From IMG/VR virus record IMGVR_UViG_2061766007_000586, positions 224,001 through 288,000 of that record: DNA of 64,000 nt. One strand, written 5' to 3'. The position numbers were made by a program, and so were the translations under genes. Shown piece by piece: positions 16,272 to 25,756 of this stretch. Origin of the DNA: a virus. Lineage: Duplodnaviria; Caudoviricetes. The notes beneath the pieces are model-generated. The model worked only from the letters and a program-made list of their open reading frames with translations. It searched no databases and was not told the DNA's origin. Each line of letters opens with the position of its first letter. Position 1 is the stretch's first letter.

Positions 16272-18014
16272 ATGTTTGGTGATATGTTATTTAGCAATAC
16301 ACATAGTGTTGAGCAATTAGTTGATATTAAAAAGAAGAAGAAAGTTGATCGTGTTCTTCTTAAGGTTTTAAAAACTGTACGTTCTAGAGGGAACATTACT
16401 TCTTGGATTAAACCTGAATCTGATTTAAGAAAAGAATTTAATATATCTGATAAAGCAATGAATTCTATTTGTGAAAGCTTGAGTGATTATTATCAGGTGT
16501 CATTAGAATCAGCTTCCTTACGTTCTGTAAAAGACATGGTTCAGTTTATTAAGGCTCATGTAGCGACAGCAGCTGATTCAATTTTCTTAATAGATTCTTC
16601 TACTCTTGATGTTGATGAAGATGGGATAACAGAAGATCCAAATGGACCAAAAGAAAATTTAGAAGTTGATCCTGAAATTGTTAAATCTTCAGAACCAAGT
16701 AATCCTACAGAAGAAAAAGTTCCAGAAGGAACAGAAGTAAGTACTGAAACAACAGACAAAGAAGAATCTACAGAAACACCGAGTCAAGAAATCGCTGATG
16801 TGATTATCGGTGGAGTTGCTTTAGCTGGTATTATTGCATCTGGCATCAAGTTATATAAAGAAAAGAAAATGGCAGATCTTTGTGCTTGGGTAAATGAACA
16901 TTATTCAGAAGTATGTTCTTATATCAAAAGCAAAATGCAAGGATGTGATGCGTTTTATAAAAAGCGTGAGACTCTTTGGAGAGTACAAGATGCAATTGAT
17001 GCAAGTGAATCTAGAATAGATCAGTTAAATAAAATTAAGAGTATGCCTGAACCTCATGCAGGTGAACCACCGAATCTCTATAAAGATCGTTTAAAATCTC
17101 ATTTTGGAGATAAGATGGAAAACCGTATCATGCCAAAGAATCCTGCATATTTAACAATTGATGAAGCTGGTTATTTAGATGCGAGTACTACAAAAGAATA
17201 TGTCAGATCTTTATCGAAAGCTTTTGATTTACAAGATGAAGTTGATCAGAAGATTGATAAAATTCGTCATATCCCTGGTGGAGATAGTATTCGTTATATC
17301 AATGTATTAAGTGATATGAATGTCATGCCTTTCTTACATGCAATGTACAAAGAACAATGGACTGATAATTTCAATGAACATGTTCTGAAAGTTATTGCAG
17401 AAAATGTGAAGAAAGAAGATGTCACAAAATCAGGTGATTCTAGCCAAGAAGCTTATTCAGTTGAAGATATTTCTGTTCCAAAAGAAAAATACAACCTGTA
17501 TAAGAAAATGGAAACACCAGAATCTATTGCTGCAGCTGAAAAGAAAATAGGTTTTACATTTGGAAAACAAACGAAAAACTTATTTCTTCATTTCAATGGT
17601 ATCTATTATGGCACATGGGAATTTATGGATCTTGAAGAAGCTGATGGAAATACACATGCAACATATGAAGCTGATGATCGCTTAAAAGGAAAAACGATTG
17701 ATAAGCTTTTTGTTGCAAGAGATGGTTTTGGAAATTATCTCAGTGTAGATACCAATGATAGAGTCCACATTTATCAGCATGATGCTGAACCTGCTTTTAA
17801 ATCGGAATCAAAACTTCTTGATAATTTCATTAATGAAGATTATAAGAAATATGAGAAGTATAAGAGCAGTAAAAATAAAGATGTTGTTGAAGATCGTGGA
17901 CGTCTTAAAGAAACAAATAAGCTTGGTGCTAAATCTGTTGAATCATTTAGTATGGAGAATTTACAGACTTCTCAGCCTTCTGGAGATTGGGGAAGTATGT
18001 TGAATTCATTCTAA
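16272..18014 (+). CDS. putative head protein with multiple S-x-E sites, ACP-like N-domain and SMI1/KNR4 (SUKH)-like C-domain
   Basis: SVE/SLE/STE/SQE/SME motifs; IAAAEKKIGFTF...NG...ARDGFGNYL. Confidence 0.65.
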   Translation: MFGDMLFSNTHSVEQLVDIKKKKKVDRVLLKVLKTVRSRGNITSWIKPESDLRKEFNISDKAMNSICESLSDYYQVSLESASLRSVKDMVQFIKAHVATAADSIFLIDSSTLDVDEDGITEDPNGPKENLEVDPEIVKSSEPSNPTEEKVPEGTEVSTETTDKEESTETPSQEIADVIIGGVALAGIIASGIKLYKEKKMADLCAWVNEHYSEVCSYIKSKMQGCDAFYKKRETLWRVQDAIDASESRIDQLNKIKSMPEPHAGEPPNLYKDRLKSHFGDKMENRIMPKNPAYLTIDEAGYLDASTTKEYVRSLSKAFDLQDEVDQKIDKIRHIPGGDSIRYINVLSDMNVMPFLHAMYKEQWTDNFNEHVLKVIAENVKKEDVTKSGDSSQEAYSVEDISVPKEKYNLYKKMETPESIAAAEKKIGFTFGKQTKNLFLHFNGIYYGTWEFMDLEEADGNTHATYEADDRLKGKTIDKLFVARDGFGNYLSVDTNDRVHIYQHDAEPAFKSESKLLDNFINEDYKKYEKYKSSKNKDVVEDRGRLKETNKLGAKSVESFSMENLQTSQPSGDWGSMLNSF

Positions 18015-18051
18015 GAAAAAAGCTTACTTGCGTAAGCTCTTTTCCGTTTGA

Positions 18052-18180
18052 TTAGACCGCGAGAATGGATAAGATCCGATCGACTTGTTCATCGGTCGGG
18101 TCTTCTTTCTCAAAGGTCCACTTCGTCAGGGGTTTGTTTTCCGTGGTTTCTTCTTCGTTCTGATTACGATTCTGATTCAT
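18052..18180 (-). CDS. small acidic early protein
   Basis: GGAGG SD before ATG 18180; TATATTAC at 18221-18228. Confidence 0.6.
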   Translation of the reverse strand: MNQNRNQNEEETTENKPLTKWTFEKEDPTDEQVDRILSILAV

Positions 18181-18256
18181 AAGAACCTCCCGTGATTGAA
18201 GTTTAAACTTTATCATTAATGTAATATATATTCTAAATGTTTCCAAAAACATATAG

Positions 18257-18288
18257 TACTACACGTCGGGATATCCCGACGTGTAGTA
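18257..18288. terminator. palindromic terminator
   Basis: perfect 32-bp palindrome. Confidence 0.7.
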
Positions 18289-18292
18289 TCTT

Positions 18293-19123
18293 TTAATTTT
18301 GTATAGGAGCTACTTGTGTAGGTTGTGTTGGTTGAGAAGTTTGTGCAGTTGGATATTGAGAAGGATTGGTAGATGCAACTTGTTCCTGAGGAGATTTCTT
18401 CAAACGATTATAATTCATAACCGCATTACGATAAGCCTCACCGTATAAAGTATAACTACCTTGCTTTTCAAAGATATGCTTTAAATTTTCTTCTGGTAAG
18501 AATCCAGCTTCATTTGCTACATTAAGCAAATGCTGTTTTCTACCAAGATCAAATTCATAAGCATTCTTAGCATCGATATGACCAACACCACCAGCTCTAA
18601 CTGAGCAAGCATCAAATCTTACTAAACCAAATTTACATGGCATAATAAAATCACATGCTAATGCAGGATAGAATGCAGCAGTATTTAACGCATATGGAAT
18701 ACAAGCTATTTTTGTTTTTGCATGACATCCACGAATAGCATTATGAAGAATATAACTATCGTCAACTTCTAAAATACTATTCAAATGCACAAATACAACA
18801 TCAGTAGGTTTCACTAATAACTCTAAGAACATAATGAACTGATTTACAAGTCTACTTGTTAATTCAGGAACATTAAGATAGAATGTTACCATTTTTCCTG
18901 TACCACTTGGTAAAGGACTGATTGTATATTGTACAATCGGCGGAGCTTTAGCAGAAGGCGGAACAGGTGGCTGTACATCAGTATCAATTAACGTAGAAGA
19001 AGGTATAGCAAAGGCTTCTAAACTAGCTTCTGTTTCTTTCAGATCTTCAGTAGAAATTTCTACATCTTTTAAATCTGAAATATCAGTTAAGATAGCTTCA
19101 TCAAACAGTGTGAACTTGCCCAT
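18293..19123 (-). CDS. degenerate ClpP-like protein with acidic S-x-E propeptide
   Basis: ClpP-like pattern (VFVHLNS...ALNTAAF.ALACD) lacking canonical Ser/His; ISTE, ASLE. Confidence 0.55.
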   Translation of the reverse strand: MGKFTLFDEAILTDISDLKDVEISTEDLKETEASLEAFAIPSSTLIDTDVQPPVPPSAKAPPIVQYTISPLPSGTGKMVTFYLNVPELTSRLVNQFIMFLELLVKPTDVVFVHLNSILEVDDSYILHNAIRGCHAKTKIACIPYALNTAAFYPALACDFIMPCKFGLVRFDACSVRAGGVGHIDAKNAYEFDLGRKQHLLNVANEAGFLPEENLKHIFEKQGSYTLYGEAYRNAVMNYNRLKKSPQEQVASTNPSQYPTAQTSQPTQPTQVAPIQN

Positions 19124-19766
19124 CAGTTACCTCCTTTCCTTGCAATTGATTTACGATTCTACTATTAATTACTGTAGCAGGTAAGAAGAAGTCTTCACGG
19201 TTTTCAAGAACACGTGTTAATTCTTCTGGTGTTAAAACACCTTGTGTAAGTTTTGTAACCATTTCTTTAAAATAACTATTAATCTGCTCACATTCTTCCA
19301 CAATATCAGATACTTTACCTGCTTGTAATCCGGATGGACCATGCACCATAAGAGTAGATCCAGGTTGCATGATTCTCTGATGACCTGCTAACCAAATAAT
19401 AGCAGCAATACTAGCAACTAATCCCAATGCTTCTGTCGTAACTTCAGCTTGAGTATTTTCTATTGCAGTAAGGATGGCTACACCTGTTTCTACCATACCA
19501 CCAGGAGAAGCTATTTTAATTGTAACATGATCACCTTTCTTAGCATGATAAAGAGTATCAAGAAGTTGAATATATTTTCCAGGGAATAAAACTTCACCTG
19601 AAATAATTGCAACATAATTCTTGTGTCCACTTTCGTCTGTTGTAGATACAACAGTTCCAGAATCTCCTAAGATAGGTGGCATGACAGTTGTAGGTGGTGG
19701 AGAAGGCGGCGTAGCAGGAGGTGGAGTAGGCATTGGTTTTGCCTCTTCATTTACAATTTCTGCCAT
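19101..19766 (-). CDS. clpP: ClpP-family (S14) protease
   Basis: IASPGGMV, GLVASIAAII, LMVHGP. Confidence 0.85.
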   Translation of the reverse strand: MAEIVNEEAKPMPTPPPATPPSPPPTTVMPPILGDSGTVVSTTDESGHKNYVAIISGEVLFPGKYIQLLDTLYHAKKGDHVTIKIASPGGMVETGVAILTAIENTQAEVTTEALGLVASIAAIIWLAGHQRIMQPGSTLMVHGPSGLQAGKVSDIVEECEQINSYFKEMVTKLTQGVLTPEELTRVLENREDFFLPATVINSRIVNQLQGKEVTDGQVHTV

Positions 19767-19777
19767 GATAAAATTCC

Positions 19778-20572
19778 TTATTTGAAGATTTCATGGAAAG
19801 GATCAACAGGTTTTCCGCTATCAGTGATAGTACCTTTATCAGATAAACGATAAGTACGATTGAATACTTTAACCTGATCTACACCAAGAATATCTTCTAA
19901 TTGGTGATCGTTTAAAATCTCCTGCGAAACTAACTCTTGAATCGTATCAGTTTTCTTAATTGGAATATTGATTGATTCAATAGAAGGATCGTATACTTTT
20001 GCTGCTTGTGCATAACCTCCAAGAGGTACTGCATCAATAGTTACTAAGCAAGATACTTTTTGAATCACATTACCTTTTCCATCTTCACCAATTCGTTCTA
20101 CTAAAGAGCGAAGAGAGAAGCAAGTATTCTGCGTAGCATCTTCAAACGATTCTTTTAAGTATTTGCCATAGACACCAGTTGGTTTAATCCAGCCATAGAC
20201 AACAGTGTTTTCTTGTTCTGTTGATCCTTTGGTATAAACTTTACCAACTTGGTGAGAAATGGATTTCATATCGATTTGAGCAATATCTGCTAAATCAGCT
20301 TCACTCTTTACAACTGGATGACCATAGCAACCATAGAGAGCAGAAGCACGAAGATGTTTTACAAAGTAACTAGAAGGATCAGTAAGTGCCTTCATCATAC
20401 TTTCTACTGTATAAATTTTGCCATTACGAGATGGCTTACCTAATACAAGTAAAGGTACATCTTCATAAAAACCTTGATCATTTGGATGCATGGCTTTTGC
20501 CTTGCCTTCCAGCATGATCCCGCTTATTTCAAAACTAATATTTTTCATAGACAATTCCTTGTAGGTTTTCAT
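19778..20572 (-). CDS. prohead (head maturation) protease, phiKZ gp175-like
   Basis: NGKIY, LYGCYGHP, SH, IKPTG.YG, CFSLRS; C-terminal SIE/SQE. Confidence 0.85.
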   Translation of the reverse strand: MKTYKELSMKNISFEISGIMLEGKAKAMHPNDQGFYEDVPLLVLGKPSRNGKIYTVESMMKALTDPSSYFVKHLRASALYGCYGHPVVKSEADLADIAQIDMKSISHQVGKVYTKGSTEQENTVVYGWIKPTGVYGKYLKESFEDATQNTCFSLRSLVERIGEDGKGNVIQKVSCLVTIDAVPLGGYAQAAKVYDPSIESINIPIKKTDTIQELVSQEILNDHQLEDILGVDQVKVFNRTYRLSDKGTITDSGKPVDPFHEIFK

Positions 20573-21267
20573 TGACGTAAAATATCTTCGAGTGGTGAAT
20601 CGTTTTCGATATCAGTATTAATTGCTGTTACGATACTAGATTTCAGATAACCCGAGATTAATTTCGAAGTAAGAGAAGAAGTGATATTCGGCATATCACT
20701 TAATTTAATATGGAATGGTGGATCCTTCAAGTCTGTTAAACGATATGGAATCTGCACATTCTTTCTACAACGAGAAGTATGAGCAAATAGCAATTCGAAT
20801 GCAACATTATTGAAGTTACCAATAGCACTTCCAGTAATTTTTGCTACTGTATGAAATAAAAATGCGTAATCATCGTATTTGATTGTAGAAGGCAGATGGT
20901 TACCTGCGAGATAAGCATCGAAGACGGCAAAAGCAATATTCTGCGTTTTAACAATATGTGAACTCTTCATGAAGATATCACCTTTGTGGAAAATACAGTA
21001 TATGTACTCTTGCCCTTCGATTACTTTAAATACAATTGTACTCGGCTGCATCTTGAGGATAGCAGGTAAGAAGAATTGACCCTTTTCTTCCTCATTATAC
21101 CAAAAAGTAAAAATACCTAATGTTGTTACATCCGATTCAACTTTAACCATCTGATACTTCTCATAAAACCTAGGAATTAAAACATGAAGTTCTTGATCTC
21201 CGACATAACGGATACTTTTATCATCTTCAAATTTTAAATTAGGATCAATTGAGAGTCGTTTCGTCAT
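20569..21267 (-). CDS. conserved jumbo-phage protein (phiKZ gp174-like by synteny)
   Basis: translationally coupled upstream of protease; C-terminal SPLEDILR. Confidence 0.55.
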   Translation of the reverse strand: MTKRLSIDPNLKFEDDKSIRYVGDQELHVLIPRFYEKYQMVKVESDVTTLGIFTFWYNEEEKGQFFLPAILKMQPSTIVFKVIEGQEYIYCIFHKGDIFMKSSHIVKTQNIAFAVFDAYLAGNHLPSTIKYDDYAFLFHTVAKITGSAIGNFNNVAFELLFAHTSRCRKNVQIPYRLTDLKDPPFHIKLSDMPNITSSLTSKLISGYLKSSIVTAINTDIENDSPLEDILRQ

Positions 21268-21277
21268 AAGTTATCCT

Positions 21278-24200
21278 TTATGGAATATCATCAATTGTTG
21301 TATCACCGAGTGTAGAACCGTTATCTGCTATGAGATCATCAACGGAATCATCGGAGCCTGATTGACCTGAATTACCTGGTTCATTTGTACCACTACCAGA
21401 ATCATCGGGTTCATCGTCAATATAATCATACTGATCTTCACCCATGACGCCGTCATCACCAAGTACTACGCCACCACCAGAAGGAGTTGGTATTGGAGTA
21501 GGTTCAGGTGTTGGTTCATCATCATCGATGTAATCAAATTGATCATCACCTAATACACCATCATCTCCAATTACAACACCACCACCTGAGCTAGGATCTG
21601 GTGGAGTTGGAGTAGGATTATCATCGATCTCGTAATAGAATCCAGGATCCAGATATCCATCATCACCGATTACAAGACTACCATCGCCACTGGGTTGTGT
21701 ATTACCGCCACCTTCATCATCAATTTCATAATAGAAATTAGGATCAAGATAACCGTCATCGCCAATAACTAAGTTACCATCATGATCAACAACATTAGTA
21801 TTATTGTCTATGATAACATCAGTACTATTATTTGCAACCCATGTTAAAGTAGGATCATAAGGTTCTGTTATGGTAGTATTATTGGACCAAACAACTTCAA
21901 TAGCTGGATCACTTAAAAGAACAAGTTCCCATCTACCTTTTGTTGTGTTGTACTGAATACTAGCAACTGTATTGTTAATTAGTTTTGACCAAGTTGTACC
22001 GGATTTTGTGTAATATCCGTTACATCCTTCCAAATTACCAGTTAATCCGATTACTCTAAGATAATCAGTTGATACAGTAGGTCCATTATCTCCCATTACA
22101 ATGGTGGTTGTAACAAGAATTGGTTTAATAAACTTCTTAGGTTTATTTGTAACCTTTTCATATTCGATTGTATAGACAGGTTCTTCAGGCTCTTCATCAT
22201 CTGGTTTAATAATAGAAGGATCATCTTCTATCGTAGCAGGAGTGAGAGGAGCATAGAGAATATCTACAATATCAAAAGCTTGAATATCTTTTAGCAATTC
22301 ACCAGGATGATACTGATTGAATTGATCAATAAACACAATTGGATCTTGCTTCCAGATATATTGTTCATATCGTAATGAATCTGGAATCTCAAGAGGAGTT
22401 GTATAAACTTCCCATTGAAGTGAGGAACTATCAATATCTAAAACTTTCCACCAAGTTAATGTAGTTGGATCTGCATTTTCTGACGCATTGATTGCAATAT
22501 AAGTTGGATGTTCTTTTTCACCAAGATACATTGTGTTAGCACCAACAAAGAATTGACAATCTTCTACATTAGCGTTTAATGAACTCCATGTATAAGCAAC
22601 ATTGTTTCCTAAACCATCCTTTTGGACAGGACTTGAAACAGTTTTACCATAGATCTTTCCTGTAACATTAGAACGTGCTATATAGCAGTTCTTTAACATA
22701 AATGAAAATTCAAATACTGATTCAGATGGGAAAACATTCAATCTTGCTTGTGTACTTAATGCACCAAGATTTGTTGTAGTACTACCATCGATATTGATAT
22801 GTGCTACAGCTCCTTCTTTCTTTGAGATATAAAGAGGATCTCTTGGTGTAATAGAAACGATAGTATCATTTCTTCTTACAAGTCTTGTATAATCAATAAT
22901 CTCTTTTGTTTTACGATTGAATAAAATACCTTGAGTATTTCTTGGGAATCTTAAAACATTTGGTTTTATAATTGAGATTGGAGATACTTTATTAAAGGAA
23001 ACGTATTTATCAGTCTGAACAACGGTTACAAACGGAATATCAAATTGTGTTGCATATTCAATTGCTCTCCATTCAGAAGAACTATGCTTCCAGTTAAAAC
23101 TCTTATCAGTGTAAACATTAGAAATAATGTATCCTACAGCAGCACGATAAAGTGTACTTAATCCGTAGAAAATACCTGCATGTTGTAAATTAGATGCAAG
23201 GATATTAACAATCTGTGGAATGGTTGCTGATAATTCAACTACCATGTATTTGACGTCTTCTTCCTTGATAAAGTAATAATTCAAATTATCAATACCAGGG
23301 ATGAACATACGACCACCAAAGCAAAGAACAGGGAACTGACTATATTCAGTTTCTTCTACTTTAACTGCAAATGTTAAAGTAAAACTGAATTGTCTCCAAA
23401 ACTCTACATCATGATTTAAGAATGTTTCTAATGTATTTTTAGCCCATAAGTAGGATTTGGTTGTTCCGTCAGAATTAGTTCTTACAAGTCCACCATTTGT
23501 TAAAATAACTTTATCATCTTTTCTGATTACAACATCAGGATGACAATCTGATAATTTCCAATGTTTAATTTCAGTAGAAGATTCTTCAGGAAGAATTTTA
23601 CTAAAATCTAAAAAAACAATATTCTGATCATCGTCTCTAACATCACGAAGCATATGAGCACCATTCTTAACAAAAAGTTCATTTGACTTTTTGTCATAGA
23701 TTGGATATCCTACAACTCCGTTTACAGATACTAAAGTATTCTTTAGATCTGTTAAACTTCCAGGAAGATTTTTAAAGACTAAATCAGGAAGAGTTGTTTT
23801 ACGATTCTTTTTGTTACGTATTCTTGGAGCATTGATATTAACGTAACCAGCTGAAACGTAGTTATTATAATTGTAACTAAAAATAAAAGGACGATCTGTA
23901 ATATTAGAATCAAATGGAGTAGGTTTCGTATACACGTATGATTTAACTACACCATCTTTGACTACAGAACGCTTAAAGTACTGAACGCTAGGAACAGGAG
24001 AATAAGTATAGACTTGTCTAATACGAGGATCAGTTAAGCGTAGCTTAATCTCGTCTAACAGATTAATCCAGGATACAACACATAATTGGAATACTGTTAA
24101 GAATTTGGCTAAGTCGATAAAGATATAGCTTGTCTTAGTTGTTTTGCGTTCACATACAACAATGAGATTAAGATTGGGAGTACTACGGCGCATCGCTTCA

Positions 24201-24292
24201 GAATATGTTTTATAAGAAGTATCGAAACAAATCGTTTCTTGCTTCTCACGCTGAATGATACCCACAATCTTAAACGAGGTACTTATAGCCAT
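21278..24292 (-). CDS. virion structural protein with acidic repeat tail
   Basis: ~1000 aa; AAGGAGG SD before ATG 24292. Confidence 0.65.
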   Translation of the reverse strand: MAISTSFKIVGIIQREKQETICFDTSYKTYSEAMRRSTPNLNLIVVCERKTTKTSYIFIDLAKFLTVFQLCVVSWINLLDEIKLRLTDPRIRQVYTYSPVPSVQYFKRSVVKDGVVKSYVYTKPTPFDSNITDRPFIFSYNYNNYVSAGYVNINAPRIRNKKNRKTTLPDLVFKNLPGSLTDLKNTLVSVNGVVGYPIYDKKSNELFVKNGAHMLRDVRDDDQNIVFLDFSKILPEESSTEIKHWKLSDCHPDVVIRKDDKVILTNGGLVRTNSDGTTKSYLWAKNTLETFLNHDVEFWRQFSFTLTFAVKVEETEYSQFPVLCFGGRMFIPGIDNLNYYFIKEEDVKYMVVELSATIPQIVNILASNLQHAGIFYGLSTLYRAAVGYIISNVYTDKSFNWKHSSSEWRAIEYATQFDIPFVTVVQTDKYVSFNKVSPISIIKPNVLRFPRNTQGILFNRKTKEIIDYTRLVRRNDTIVSITPRDPLYISKKEGAVAHINIDGSTTTNLGALSTQARLNVFPSESVFEFSFMLKNCYIARSNVTGKIYGKTVSSPVQKDGLGNNVAYTWSSLNANVEDCQFFVGANTMYLGEKEHPTYIAINASENADPTTLTWWKVLDIDSSSLQWEVYTTPLEIPDSLRYEQYIWKQDPIVFIDQFNQYHPGELLKDIQAFDIVDILYAPLTPATIEDDPSIIKPDDEEPEEPVYTIEYEKVTNKPKKFIKPILVTTTIVMGDNGPTVSTDYLRVIGLTGNLEGCNGYYTKSGTTWSKLINNTVASIQYNTTKGRWELVLLSDPAIEVVWSNNTTITEPYDPTLTWVANNSTDVIIDNNTNVVDHDGNLVIGDDGYLDPNFYYEIDDEGGGNTQPSGDGSLVIGDDGYLDPGFYYEIDDNPTPTPPDPSSGGGVVIGDDGVLGDDQFDYIDDDEPTPEPTPIPTPSGGGVVLGDDGVMGEDQYDYIDDEPDDSGSGTNEPGNSGQSGSDDSVDDLIADNGSTLGDTTIDDIP
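21390..21790 (-). repeat. intragenic repeats (L/V)V(I/L)GDDG(Y/V)...Y(E/-)IDD x4
   Basis: visible in translation. Confidence 0.8.
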
Positions 24293-24363
24293 AAATATGT
24301 GCCTCCTTAATATTAATGTATAGAACATTCGCATAAAATGAGATCTGAAGCAAAAAAGAAGAG

Positions 24364-24399
24364 ATCCCTCTCCTGAGCTTTTCAGCTCAGGAGAGGGAT
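24364..24399 (-). terminator. intrinsic terminator
   Basis: 16-bp stem with A-run on + strand. Confidence 0.75.
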
Positions 24400-24412
24400 G
24401 ATGCCTATCGTA

Positions 24413-24934
24413 TTACGGACGATAACGATAGACATACGGATTGACGTGAGGGCTTGGCCCAACACGATGAGCCGGGTCGACCGGAACTACGATATTGGTT
24501 CTGGGAGGATACTGCGGGATGACTCTTTCATAGCCGGAGGTAGGACGCGTGACGGTCGTAGTAACCGTCCCTCCGTACCCGACAGTTGTTGTAGTGATAG
24601 TCGTAGTAGAAACCGGAAGACGAGGCGGAGGAACGACCACAGGGGCAGGCACCACTTCTGTAACGATAGGAGCAGTCATCACAACAGGTGTCGTGACCAC
24701 AGTCTGGGTCTGCGGTACAACGTATACATTTGTCGTTCCATGCAACAAGGCTCCGGTGGCTTCAGCAGCACCGGTAACGATTCCCTCTGCAGCGATAACA
24801 GGAGCAGCAACAAGTGCACCTGCAACACCAGCGAGGTCAGTGAGAAGTCCAGGACGCTGGACAACAACGGTTGTCTGCGCATGAGCGAAAGTGGCGCAGA
24901 TTGCGAGAGTGAGGATGAGTGTAAGTTTCTTCAT
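24413..24934 (-). CDS. secreted Thr/Val/Pro-rich protein
   Basis: signal peptide MKKLTLILTLAICATFAHA; AAGGAG SD. Confidence 0.75.
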   Translation of the reverse strand: MKKLTLILTLAICATFAHAQTTVVVQRPGLLTDLAGVAGALVAAPVIAAEGIVTGAAEATGALLHGTTNVYVVPQTQTVVTTPVVMTAPIVTEVVPAPVVVPPPRLPVSTTTITTTTVGYGGTVTTTVTRPTSGYERVIPQYPPRTNIVVPVDPAHRVGPSPHVNPYVYRYRP

Positions 24935-24944
24935 GATATTCTCC

Positions 24945-25640
24945 TTATATTGTTGTTAAAAGTTGTTTTATGTCTTTTCGTTGTTTGTATGAAAGGAATT
25001 GAATTTCTGATTTTATTTGCTCTTTGAGATCTTTTCTCTCTTGATGGAGCATCTTAATCAGATCTTCACGAACTTGAATTAATTCCTGTATGGACTTTGC
25101 CATGTAATCAGCACCTTTGTAGGTGTGTTCATTTTCCCAAACAGGAATCAATTTTCCAATCCATTCGATTGATATGTTGTCGAGAACATTAATCCAATCT
25201 TCAACTTCTGTTACAAGACCATCTGCATTGTATTTATAAGTAATAAACAGTTTGCACCATTTACTCTTTTTCATACATTCAAATTTTCTTTCAGAAGTAA
25301 GTTGAATGATTTGAGGTTTTATCGTCTCAACCATTTTGTTAAAGAACGCAGGATCAATTTCTTTGTCACCGTAATGGTTAACTCTCGGGAAGCAATATTC
25401 AAGATCAATATCTTTGAATTTTTCCTGATGGTCTCGATAAACACTAAGTAATCCTTTTGTGTATGTTTCAGAATCACTTTTATCAATCAAGGCCTCAAGA
25501 ATTCTTTTACTGTCATGAAATTGTTTTACTAAATCTCGAATATAAAGACAGAGCTTTGTATCGAAACGTGTCACGAGAGTTAATCGAAATCGAATCGGAA
25601 TAGGAAGATGAAAATAAATCCATGCCCATATTTTACCCAT
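24945..25640 (-). CDS. hypothetical protein
   Basis: 231 aa, SD. Confidence 0.75.
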   Translation of the reverse strand: MGKIWAWIYFHLPIPIRFRLTLVTRFDTKLCLYIRDLVKQFHDSKRILEALIDKSDSETYTKGLLSVYRDHQEKFKDIDLEYCFPRVNHYGDKEIDPAFFNKMVETIKPQIIQLTSERKFECMKKSKWCKLFITYKYNADGLVTEVEDWINVLDNISIEWIGKLIPVWENEHTYKGADYMAKSIQELIQVREDLIKMLHQERKDLKEQIKSEIQFLSYKQRKDIKQLLTTI

Positions 25641-25756
25641 TTTACAATCTCCTTATAGTTTTTGCATTAAAGACATATATACTTTCAATGGGTTTGAAAA
25701 ACACTTTTGAGAACTATGGTGAGGGCGAGAACCCTCACCATAGTATTTATATTTCA

